Origin: an uncultured Candidatus Saccharibacteria bacterium
Lineage (GTDB): Bacteria > Patescibacteriota > Minisyncoccia > Phycocordibacterales > JAKFXT01
Direction of reading: 5' to 3'
Assembly (NCBI GenBank): GCA_964385825.1
Contig: CAYLPX010000003.1
Span: forward strand, 37,559 to 101,558
Length of the DNA: 64,000 nt
Shown: one piece after another, positions 18,631-26,702 of the stretch
How positions within the stretch are numbered: the first letter of the stretch is position 1
Layout of the letters: each line of letters starts with the position of its first letter
The notes under the pieces: generated by a model
What the model saw: the letters and a program-made list of their open reading frames with translations, nothing else
Told to the model about the DNA's origin: nothing
Databases searched by the model: none
Program-made: the position numbers and the translations under genes

Positions 18631-19599
18631 TTAAGCCCCTAAGATCTTGGTTATTTCCTCACTTAGTGTTTTTACAGCGCTATCATCAAGTACTGAAACT
18701 GTTAGCACTATTTTTGCTAACTTCTTAGCTTCTTTTACTTTTTCCTTTATAACTGATGGGTCTACCATATCAGTTTTAGTAAGGATAATAACCTCCTCCT
18801 TTTTAATCAGTGCAGGAGCATACTTACGAAGCTCTTCTCGCACTGTAGTATAGGTTCCCTTAATATCCTCGGTTTCAAGCGAAATACAATGAAGTAGAAC
18901 TCGGGTGCGAGTAATATGCCGAAGAAACTTATGCCCCAATCCCCTACCCTCACTTGCTCCTTCAATGAGTCCCGGAAGATCTGCCAAAATAAGTCCATAG
19001 AGGCTACCCAAGTTTGGCTCAAGGGTCGTGAACTGGTAGCTTCCAATTTTTGCCTTGGCATTGGTAAGTGCGTTAAGAAGACTGGACTTACCAGCATTCG
19101 GTAGTCCGATAAGTCCCGCGTCCGCAATAAGCCGAAGTTCAATACTAAAATTACCCTCCTCACCCTTCTCCCCCGGTGTCCATTCAGTTGGTGAACGGTT
19201 AACAGAACTTTTGAAGTGGTCGTTGCCAAGCCCCCCTCGGCCACCATGGAGTAATATTTCTTTTTGCCCCTCTTCGAGTATCTCAACAGCTCGGCCAGTA
19301 TCAAGATTGCGAATCTGTGAGCCGAGTGGCACTTCAAGAAGAAGATCATCACCCTGCGCACCCTGCTGCTTATTCTTAGATCCTGGTTCACCATCCTTTG
19401 CGGCAAGCTCCTTCACATTGCGATAGCGAATGAGAAGACCCAAATCACGTACACCAACAGCATACACATCACCCCCCTTGTTACCATTGCCACCTGATGG
19501 GCCGCCAAGCTGAATCCCTTTTTCATGACGCCAACGAACAACCCCATCGCCCCCGCGACCGGCCTTGAGGTATATTTTCATTTCATCAATAAAAGCCAT
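18631..19599 (-). CDS. obg: GTPase Obg (minimal form lacking C-terminal extension)
   Basis: Gly-rich Obg fold (AGRGGDGVV..., GGRGG) plus G1 motif GLPNAGKSS. 322 aa, so only the Obg and G domains are present. Confidence 0.85.
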   Translation of the reverse strand: MAFIDEMKIYLKAGRGGDGVVRWRHEKGIQLGGPSGGNGNKGGDVYAVGVRDLGLLIRYRNVKELAAKDGEPGSKNKQQGAQGDDLLLEVPLGSQIRNLDTGRAVEILEEGQKEILLHGGRGGLGNDHFKSSVNRSPTEWTPGEKGEEGNFSIELRLIADAGLIGLPNAGKSSLLNALTNAKAKIGSYQFTTLEPNLGSLYGLILADLPGLIEGASEGRGLGHKFLRHITRTRVLLHCISLETEDIKGTYTTVREELRKYAPALIKKEEVIILTKTDMVDPSVIKEKVKEAKKLAKIVLTVSVLDDSAVKTLSEEITKILGA

Positions 19600-19668
19600 A
19601 GAAAATTACTTAGTGTTGCCACCTTACCCCAAAAAAGCTTATTTCTCAAGCAAGACCAGCTTTTTTAA

Positions 19669-20007
19669 CTAGAAGATTTTGTGAGCGATAGCAGAAACAA
19701 CTGCAACTATAAGTGCTCCGATAAAGGCTGGTACAAACCCCGCAACCACAAAACCCTTAACGAGGAGGGTCACTCCCCAGAACAACACTGCATTAATAAC
19801 TAGGGTAAACAAACCAAGGGTTAAAAGATTGAGTGGTAGCGTTAACAATAAAAGAATGGGGCGAATAATGAGGTTAAGTAACCCCAGCACCACAGCCACA
19901 AGCACTGCAGTCCCGAACCCATCAACTGAAACGCCACTTACTAAGTGAAACTGGGCGATAGCAAAAACAGCAAACGCGATAGTCAAAAGTCTAAGTATTA
20001 TTTTCAT
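19669..20007 (-). CDS. DUF360 / phage-holin-4-like small membrane protein
   Basis: 112 aa, four TM segments with small-residue (Gly/Ala) motifs. Paralogous to the adjacent gene. Confidence 0.5.
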   Translation of the reverse strand: MKIILRLLTIAFAVFAIAQFHLVSGVSVDGFGTAVLVAVVLGLLNLIIRPILLLLTLPLNLLTLGLFTLVINAVLFWGVTLLVKGFVVAGFVPAFIGALIVAVVSAIAHKIF

Positions 20008-20010
20008 ATA

Positions 20011-20367
20011 TTATGAGGTTATTTTATGCATCACTGACTGCGCAATTGAAATAATAAGTGCCGCCAAAAATGCTGAAAGAAGTCCATCAACTTGGAATTG
20101 TGTTGGGTCCATAAACTTAGCTATAAACCAGAGTACTCCCGTACTCAAAATAACAGTAAAGACCCAAAGTGTGAGTAAAATAACTGGTACATGAAAAGTA
20201 ACGAGAAAAGTGCGTGCAGCCACACTTAAAAGCCCCATGAGACTTGCAACAACAAGGGCGCTGGAAAAACCACCTATAACTATTCCTGGAATTAAATTGT
20301 AGGTAGCAAGGAGGTAAATAACTCCCGTTGTAACTAATACATGAATTAAAATCTTTTTGGGTTCCAT
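20011..20367 (-). CDS. DUF360 / phage-holin-4-like small membrane protein (tandem paralog)
   Basis: 118 aa, same topology. 3-nt intergenic spacing. Confidence 0.5.
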   Translation of the reverse strand: MEPKKILIHVLVTTGVIYLLATYNLIPGIVIGGFSSALVVASLMGLLSVAARTFLVTFHVPVILLTLWVFTVILSTGVLWFIAKFMDPTQFQVDGLLSAFLAALIISIAQSVMHKITS

Positions 20368-20369
20368 GG

Positions 20370-20819
20370 CTATATAGTAGGATTAGTAATTTCGTCGTGA
20401 GCCATAAAGAGCATAATAGAGGCACAGAAAAGTATTGTTGAAGCTGCTGCTGAAATAAGACAATAGATGCAGAAGGCTTGTATTACGAATCCCTGAAGAT
20501 ATATAAACCAAAGCGAAAAGATAAACCCAACAAGTCCGCCAAGTAGGAAAAGTTGCTTCATAAAGCGTCGCTTTATGAACAGTAACGCACCAAACACTCC
20601 CACCATAACTCCATAGAATACAAGTCCAAAGGCAGGGAGCGGAATTCCAAAGACATGCGAGTATGGACTTTTGGCCACCGTGTTACAGCCATCAAAAATA
20701 AAGCAGTTAATGGGATCCGCCGTAATGTACTTGTAAAACAGAAAAGCTGAATCGGCCAAACCGATAAGTAGCATTAGCGCTGCAACCCATAAAATTATTT
20801 TTTTGGCGTTTGAGGTCAT
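20370..20819 (-). CDS. Vitamin K epoxide reductase (VKOR) family protein
   Basis: Loop Cys pair (NCFIFDGC) and intramembrane CXXC (AFCIYCLIS) in a 4-5 TM protein. Confidence 0.6.
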   Translation of the reverse strand: MTSNAKKIILWVAALMLLIGLADSAFLFYKYITADPINCFIFDGCNTVAKSPYSHVFGIPLPAFGLVFYGVMVGVFGALLFIKRRFMKQLFLLGGLVGFIFSLWFIYLQGFVIQAFCIYCLISAAASTILFCASIMLFMAHDEITNPTI

Positions 20820-20822
20820 AGT

Positions 20823-21266
20823 TTATTTTGTTTCTTCCCTTTCTAGCTTAGTAACTGCCTCGCGGAGTTCTTTAAGCTCCTTTTGTACTTCAAGTAAAAT
20901 ACTTTCTTCCCGAGATACATTACTCTGAAGACGCTTTAGTACATTCCCCTCTCGATCAACCTCATCTTCTGTCTTTTCAATAAGCTTTTTCTCACGCTTA
21001 AGTCCAGAAATAAGGATAGTGTCTCCAACAAAGAAAGAAGTGAAAAGACCAGTGAGCAGCAACACGATAGTACTAATAATGAGTGAACTTACGTAAGAAA
21101 GTCCATGTCCTTCCGCATTAAAACCATAATCAGCCAATCCCCATACCGAGCGCCAAAAAATAACAATGGAAGTAGCCGCGATTAACGAATACGCAATAGG
21201 ATAATGTGCCAACTTAGCACGAACCCTATCTTCTAATTTATCAAAAAATTTATACACGCCGCGCAT
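20823..21266 (-). CDS. Membrane protein with C-terminal coiled-coil
   Basis: Two TM helices, then an E/K-rich heptad-like tail. Confidence 0.45.
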   Translation of the reverse strand: MRGVYKFFDKLEDRVRAKLAHYPIAYSLIAATSIVIFWRSVWGLADYGFNAEGHGLSYVSSLIISTIVLLLTGLFTSFFVGDTILISGLKREKKLIEKTEDEVDREGNVLKRLQSNVSREESILLEVQKELKELREAVTKLEREETK

Positions 21267-21285
21267 ATCTATAACTATAACATAG

Positions 21286-21942
21286 CTATTTCTGCTTCAG
21301 TAAACGTCTTTTCTTAACATAGAGATAAGTGATATACACCACAACAAGTAGAATAAGTGCTGCAAAAGCCCGATCTTGAAGCATGGTGACTCTTGAAAGG
21401 TGCGCTCGGTAATACCCTCCAATCTGCCAGCCAATAAAACCGAGCATAGTCGCGCGAATGATAATTCCACAAAACGTGATGAGAATAAAGCGCAAAGGGC
21501 TCCACTTCATAAGTCCACAAAAGGCATTCACAAGAGCGCTTGGGAAAAGTGGTACCGCTCGAGCAAAAAAAACAAGAAGCTCATCATACGTCCCAAGGGA
21601 GAGTCTTTCCTCCAAACGCTTAATACTTGTAGGGGTGAGATGTAGATACTTGCCAAACCGTTTTACAGCCTCTTCCCCAAAACGGTAAAACAGTCCGTAT
21701 ACAAACAGCGTTCCCAAAGTAAAACCGGCAGATACCGGTAACACCACCTCCGTAAAGAAGATGGCGATAGTGTGCTCATGTACAGGCGTCCCCCCGAGTA
21801 CAAAAAAACCACTCATCACCATCACCACGGTTGCCGCAAAAGGAATAAATGCCTCTTCCACAAAAGCAGCGAAAAAAATACCTACCGCTCCATACGCGAT
21901 AACTAAACCCTCTATGCTATTTAATATGTGAGCGACTAACAT
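21286..21942 (-). CDS. DedA/TVP38 family membrane protein
   Basis: Typical DedA N-terminal region (GAVGIFFAAFVEEAFIPF) and re-entrant helix pattern. Confidence 0.7.
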   Translation of the reverse strand: MLVAHILNSIEGLVIAYGAVGIFFAAFVEEAFIPFAATVVMVMSGFFVLGGTPVHEHTIAIFFTEVVLPVSAGFTLGTLFVYGLFYRFGEEAVKRFGKYLHLTPTSIKRLEERLSLGTYDELLVFFARAVPLFPSALVNAFCGLMKWSPLRFILITFCGIIIRATMLGFIGWQIGGYYRAHLSRVTMLQDRAFAALILLVVVYITYLYVKKRRLLKQK

Positions 21943-21963
21943 AAGTGAGCCCCTCCCTGTCGC

Positions 21964-22629
21964 CTAACGAGGAGTGGTTGTGGCTGTGGTGGTTCCCACC
22001 TTAGCCAAGGCTTCATTGATAATCCGAACAAACTCGTCCTTACTTCCTGGAGTTTGGATCTTCTCTCCATTAAGGAAAAAAGTAGGAGTTCCCTCTACCC
22101 CAAGCTTCACACCTGCCTTATAACTATCAGAAATCTTAGCTCTAATAGTTTTGTCATTATAGTCAGCAGTAAACTGGTCCATATTTAAGTTAAGTGACTT
22201 AGCGTATCCACTAAAAACAGTGAACGGATCATTTGAGTTTTCCCAATTCTTCTGGTTAGTAAAAAGTAGATTGTACATTTCCCAGAACTTACCCTGTTTT
22301 CCAGCAGCTTCAGCAGAAAGAGCGGCGGGATAGGCGTTGGCATGCTGATTAAGTGGCATATGACGATAGACGTAGGTTATGGAACCACCAACTTCCTTTA
22401 GCACCTCCTCCAAAATCGGATAATACGCACCACAAGCTGGGCACTGGAAGTCTGCATATTCCATAACTACCACCCCCCTTTCTGTTCCCCTTGTCCAATC
22501 AGAATCAGTAACTGTTGCGGTGGGAAGTGGTTCATTCCCTGAACTCTTATTCTTTACATAAGCGGCTGTACCCACAAATATCACAAAAATAGCAATAACA
22601 GCCAAAACAAGATAAAAACTTTTTTGCAT
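21964..22629 (-). CDS. Membrane-anchored DsbA-like thioredoxin (thiol:disulfide oxidoreductase)
   Basis: N-terminal TM and CPAC thioredoxin motif (DFQCPACGAYY). Confidence 0.7.
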   Translation of the reverse strand: MQKSFYLVLAVIAIFVIFVGTAAYVKNKSSGNEPLPTATVTDSDWTRGTERGVVVMEYADFQCPACGAYYPILEEVLKEVGGSITYVYRHMPLNQHANAYPAALSAEAAGKQGKFWEMYNLLFTNQKNWENSNDPFTVFSGYAKSLNLNMDQFTADYNDKTIRAKISDSYKAGVKLGVEGTPTFFLNGEKIQTPGSKDEFVRIINEALAKVGTTTATTTPR

Positions 22630-22711
22630 ATCAATTTGGAAATTAGTTTTAAGTAGGCCTTAGTGTAACAAATCAACAAGCATTAGTCTAAAGCCCTTTT
22701 TATGAGACTTT

Positions 22712-23149
22712 TTACAAAATTAGTCTCTTGGGAGGTGTCAAAATAAGCTCGGGGTTTTCTCTCCACATTTCCCCCTTATCTATGTAAAGCTCAAGTTCGT
22801 TATTATCCGGATCCGCTATGTAGATACTTTCAGTTACTGTATGATCACTCATGCCAACAATAGTTACCTGCTTCTCCAGTAGTTCGCGATACACTGCCTG
22901 CAATGCCTCGTGCGTATCTCCAACCTTAAATCCGATATGATAAAGCCCGGGTCGTACACTACCAAGGGACTGAGGTTTCCCACCCACTTCTATAAGCAAT
23001 AGCTCATGATGGGTGCGGCCACTACTAAAAAGTGCTGTATGCACACTTCGGGCGACTTCGCGAAAACCCAACGTATCACGATAAAAATCAGCCAGTCTCT
23101 TTAGGTCTGTTACATAGAGCACTACATGCCCCAATTCTTTTATTTGCAT
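22712..23149 (-). CDS. VOC family protein (glyoxalase/bleomycin-resistance/dioxygenase fold)
   Basis: Glyoxalase-like segments (LGHVVLYVTDL...FYRDTLGF, HIGFKV). Start moved to Met at 23149 to remove an unsupported 17-aa extension. Confidence 0.6.
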   Translation of the reverse strand: MQIKELGHVVLYVTDLKRLADFYRDTLGFREVARSVHTALFSSGRTHHELLLIEVGGKPQSLGSVRPGLYHIGFKVGDTHEALQAVYRELLEKQVTIVGMSDHTVTESIYIADPDNNELELYIDKGEMWRENPELILTPPKRLIL

Positions 23150-23154
23150 ATTGG

Positions 23155-23589
23155 TTAATCTGGGAACAAAAAGAAAGCACACGTAAACGCCCCAAGCCAT
23201 CCAAACGTTGAAATGGCCCCACTTATAAGCAATGGTAATTTCTCACTCATCGCTAATGTACTAAAAGGACGGGTAAGCGCCACCTTCATGAGACTATTAA
23301 TGACAAAAGCATTAATAATAAGCATACTTACAAAAAGCATTTTAAAATAAAAAGCCGGACGAGTTAGCAAAAACTTAAATGCTGGATAGGCCAAAAGACT
23401 ACCAGTTACAATCATTGCTAGGAGTCCATAGGATACAAAGTGATGGTAACGGCGTACTTTTTTCTCATCAAGCATCATTTCCTTGCCGCGCATCCAATTA
23501 AACCCTTGGTGATCAGCAAGAACAATTCCCACGAACGTAATAGCGAGTGAAAGCAAGTGTATAGGAAGTAATACGGCCGAAGAAATCAT
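23155..23589 (-). CDS. Hypothetical integral membrane protein (144 aa)
   Basis: Four hydrophobic helices. Confidence 0.45.
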   Translation of the reverse strand: MISSAVLLPIHLLSLAITFVGIVLADHQGFNWMRGKEMMLDEKKVRRYHHFVSYGLLAMIVTGSLLAYPAFKFLLTRPAFYFKMLFVSMLIINAFVINSLMKVALTRPFSTLAMSEKLPLLISGAISTFGWLGAFTCAFFLFPD

Positions 23590-23612
23590 TTTTTTATTTT
23601 AACACGAGTGTG

Positions 23613-26135
23613 TTACTTCTTACTCATTAACTGTTGATGCTCCTCTGTATTAAGTTCACCACATTTCTTATACTTTTTACCAGAACCACATGGACACATA
23701 TCATTGCGCCCTATTTTGTCACTCTGTATTCCCCCTTCGCTCACTACTGTATTACCTGCACTTGATCCCCCAGTAATAGACTGCGCGCTTTCATGCACCA
23801 GTTCTAGATTCTTTGTTTCTTCAGTCCGAAATAGCCCAGCATCAATATGAGGTAAAAGACGAGCCAATTCATACTGCATACCAGTTTCCATTTCTTTAAA
23901 AATACGTAGTCCTTCTTTTTTGTACTCTACCAATGGATCGCGCTGCCCATACGCACGCAAGTTAACTGAAGAACGTAAATAGTCCATTGCTTCAAGGTGG
24001 TCAACCCAAAAAGTATCTATCACCTGGAGCATAAGACGCCGCACATTCTGGTAGAAAAAGTCAGCTCCCATATGCTGCTTTTTTTCTGCTACTAATTTTT
24101 CTAGTGCCTCATCGCCAAGAATAACTTCAGCCAGTAATCCATCTAGTACCTCATAATCCCCAAGGAGTGCATTACGACGTTTCTCATAAATAGAAGTTCT
24201 TTGGTGACTTAACACATCATCGTACTCAAGAATATTTTTGCGCGAATCAAAATGGAATCCTTCTATCTTAGTTTGGGCGGATTCGAGAGAGCGAGTAATA
24301 AGTCGGTTTTCAATAGGCTGGTCTTCGGGAATACCAAAACGCCCCATCATAGTTTTGATAGTATCGGACGCAAAAATGCGCATAAGCGGATCTTCAAGCG
24401 ACACAAAAAACTCTGTTTCTCCTGGATCTCCCTGACGCCCCGAACGCCCACGAAGCTGGTTATCTATACGACGTGCTTCATGGCGCTCAGTTCCTATAAC
24501 CATAAGCCCCCCAAGCTCTTTCACTTTTTCATACTGCTCGGGTGTTGAAGGATTCCCCCCAAGCTTAATATCCACCCCACGCCCCGCCATGTTGGTTGCA
24601 ATAGTTACCTGCCCCACACGACCCGCTTGAGCAATTATTTCTCCTTCATGCTCGTGATTTTTAGCGTTTAATATTTGATGTGGTACCCCTTCACTCTTTA
24701 AATATGCCGAAAGTACTTCATTTTTCTCTATTGAAACAGTACCAATCAATACCGGTTGCCCTTTTTCATGAAGTTCTTTTACTCGACGAGCCAAAGCTTT
24801 CATTTTCCCCTTCTCAGTTTGAAAAATCATGTCGTCGTGATCAATACGTGCAATCACTCTATTAGTAGGAATGGAAACTGTGTTAAGTCCATACACCTTA
24901 TAGAACTCCTCAGCTGAAGTCATAGCTGTTCCTGTCATACCAGAAAGCTTCTTATAGAGTCTAAAGTAATTCTGGTAGGTAATAGAAGCAAAAGTGCGTG
25001 ATTCTTTCTGTACTTCTACCCCTTCTTTAGCTTCAATAGCCTGATGAAGTCCCTCTGACCACCGACGTCCTGGTTGTAGTCGCCCCGTAAACTCGTCCAC
25101 TATGACTATTTCCCCATCCTTAACCACATATTCTTTGTCTTTTTCAAACAAGGCCTGTGCGCGTACAGCAGTCTCCAGATGATGTACATACTTCACCCCC
25201 TTTTCAGTATAAATATTCTCTACTCCAAGCAGCTTTTCAGCATGAGTAATCCCCTCATCAGTAAGAGTGATGGCTTTCAACTTCTCATCTACCAAAAAGT
25301 CCTCATCTTTTTTGAGCTTTTTCGCGATAACTGCGAATGTCTGATAAAGATCAGCACTATCAGAAGATGGAGCAGAGATGATAAGCGGCGTGCGTGCCTC
25401 ATCTATAAGTATAGAGTCAATTTCATCCACAATAGCAAAATGTGGCTCTCTCTGACGCAATGCTTCAGCTTCGTACTCTAGGTTGTCGCGCAAATAGTCA
25501 AAACCAAACTCACTGTTCGTACCATACGTAATATCTGCCAAATATGCTTCCTTACGTGATGTAGGTCGTAGAAAATCGTGCACCACTTTAAATGAACCGA
25601 GGGTGTCACGTTCTTCATCCTCCTCCTTAGTGGTAGCACTCTTATCATAGAGATAAGAAGCATCATGATTTAAAACCCCAACAGACAGCCCAAGAAAGTT
25701 ATATATTTCCCCCATCCACACCGCATCACGTCGCGAAAGGTAGTCATTCACCGTAACTACGTGCACCCCCTTCCCAAGTAAAGCATTGAGATAGGCAGGA
25801 AGTGTCGCTACCAGTGTTTTACCTTCACCGGTACGCATTTCAGCAATACCTCTATTATTGAGGATAACACCACCAATAATCTGTACATCAAAGTGGCGCT
25901 CATTGCGAACCCGCTTGGCCGTTTCGCGAACCACGGCATAAGCTTCTGGCAAGACTTTTTCCAGCTCTTCCCCCTCCAAAAGACGCTTTTTAAACTCATC
26001 AGTTTTTGCCCGAAGTTCACTGTCTGTGAGTGCTGAAATAGCACCCTCAAAAGAATTAACCTCCTTAAGTACAATTTCGGCCTCTTTTATAGCCTCCGCT
26101 CCTGTATTTCCTATATTTTTGAGCCATTTAAACAT
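23613..26135 (-). CDS. secA: Preprotein translocase subunit SecA
   Basis: 840 aa. DEAD-motor motifs (MRTGEGKTLVATLPAYLNAL, VTVNDYL) and C-terminal zinc finger CPCGSGKKYKKC. Confidence 0.95.
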   Translation of the reverse strand: MFKWLKNIGNTGAEAIKEAEIVLKEVNSFEGAISALTDSELRAKTDEFKKRLLEGEELEKVLPEAYAVVRETAKRVRNERHFDVQIIGGVILNNRGIAEMRTGEGKTLVATLPAYLNALLGKGVHVVTVNDYLSRRDAVWMGEIYNFLGLSVGVLNHDASYLYDKSATTKEEDEERDTLGSFKVVHDFLRPTSRKEAYLADITYGTNSEFGFDYLRDNLEYEAEALRQREPHFAIVDEIDSILIDEARTPLIISAPSSDSADLYQTFAVIAKKLKKDEDFLVDEKLKAITLTDEGITHAEKLLGVENIYTEKGVKYVHHLETAVRAQALFEKDKEYVVKDGEIVIVDEFTGRLQPGRRWSEGLHQAIEAKEGVEVQKESRTFASITYQNYFRLYKKLSGMTGTAMTSAEEFYKVYGLNTVSIPTNRVIARIDHDDMIFQTEKGKMKALARRVKELHEKGQPVLIGTVSIEKNEVLSAYLKSEGVPHQILNAKNHEHEGEIIAQAGRVGQVTIATNMAGRGVDIKLGGNPSTPEQYEKVKELGGLMVIGTERHEARRIDNQLRGRSGRQGDPGETEFFVSLEDPLMRIFASDTIKTMMGRFGIPEDQPIENRLITRSLESAQTKIEGFHFDSRKNILEYDDVLSHQRTSIYEKRRNALLGDYEVLDGLLAEVILGDEALEKLVAEKKQHMGADFFYQNVRRLMLQVIDTFWVDHLEAMDYLRSSVNLRAYGQRDPLVEYKKEGLRIFKEMETGMQYELARLLPHIDAGLFRTEETKNLELVHESAQSITGGSSAGNTVVSEGGIQSDKIGRNDMCPCGSGKKYKKCGELNTEEHQQLMSKK

Positions 26136-26211
26136 TGAGGCATTCTAGCACAAAGGAGGGGGTGTCTCCATAAAAAATAGAATACTCAGACCCCTCGGGA
26201 ATCCTCGAGGC

Positions 26212-26316
26212 AAGTGTTCGCTTCGTCTCCTTCGCCGTCAGCAGCTTCCGGCATAAGTGTTCGCTTCGTCTCCTTCGCCGTCAGCAGCTTCCGGCATAAG
26301 TGTTCGCTTCGCTCCC
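26212..26316. repeat. 43-bp GC-rich tandem direct repeat, 2.4 copies
   Basis: aagtgttcgcttcgtctccttcgccgtcagcagcttccggcat occurs exactly at 26212-26254 and 26255-26297. A diverged partial third copy (aagtgttcgcttcgctccc) follows. Confidence 0.85.
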
Positions 26317-26321
26317 TTAAA

Positions 26322-26352
26322 AGCAAAAAACCCTCTTGCGAGGGGTTTTTGC
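26322..26352. terminator. Bidirectional rho-independent terminator
   Basis: aaaaaaccctcttgcgaggggttttt: GC stem ccctc/gaggg with a 4-nt loop, A-run on one side and T-run on the other. Confidence 0.5.
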
Positions 26353-26376
26353 TTGAAGTGAGAAGTTTGAAGACTA

Positions 26377-26439
26377 GTTCTTCTTTTTCTTTGACTTCTT
26401 GGCTGCCTTCTTAGCTGCCTTCTTTTTCTTTGCTGCCAT
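26377..26439 (-). CDS. Candidate lysine-rich micro-ORF (20 aa, MAAKKKKAAKKAAKKSKKKN)
   Basis: ATG at 26439 to TAG at 26374-26376 by hand translation. Followed about 25 nt later by the bidirectional terminator. No SD. Could be a small basic peptide or chance. Confidence 0.25.
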
Positions 26440-26702
26440 AATATTGGTATCAAAAATTATTAAATGAACAGTGTGTTGGCGACCCCTCTTTAAAGCACTA
26501 TGATTTAAAAAAAATAAATGTTGTGTTCTCTAAAGAGTTTGTTCAACTCACTGCTACTTCTAATACATATTATGATGCGTGTTGTATGTTCTCACAATAT
26601 TTTTTTTCATTTTTATGTGGATAACTTTTTTATTTTGTAAAAAATTTTTTTAAATTATATTTTTTATTTTTTTATTTCTATCTATAAAATATTTTTTACG
26701 TA

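Noticed and set aside
18807-19406. 199-aa minus-strand ORF overlapping obg (also 20117-20425 overlapping the DUF360 gene, 21314-21520 inside the DedA gene)
   Set aside because: They lie in alternative frames of confidently identified genes and lack independent support.
26212-26316. 43-bp tandem repeat as a CRISPR array
   Set aside because: The copies are contiguous with no spacers and only 2.4 units. There are no cas genes in the window.
26238-26453. 71-aa Arg/Gln-rich ORF (TTG start) overlapping the tandem repeats and the terminator hairpin
   Set aside because: Its composition is dictated by translating the GC-rich 43-bp repeat. It spans a strong terminator, shifts frame between repeat copies, and has a non-ATG start. 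Frame artefact.
26616-26624. Replication origin call from the perfect DnaA box
   Set aside because: A single box, with no dnaA/dnaN nearby and no box cluster recognised. It is retained only as a low-interest finding.
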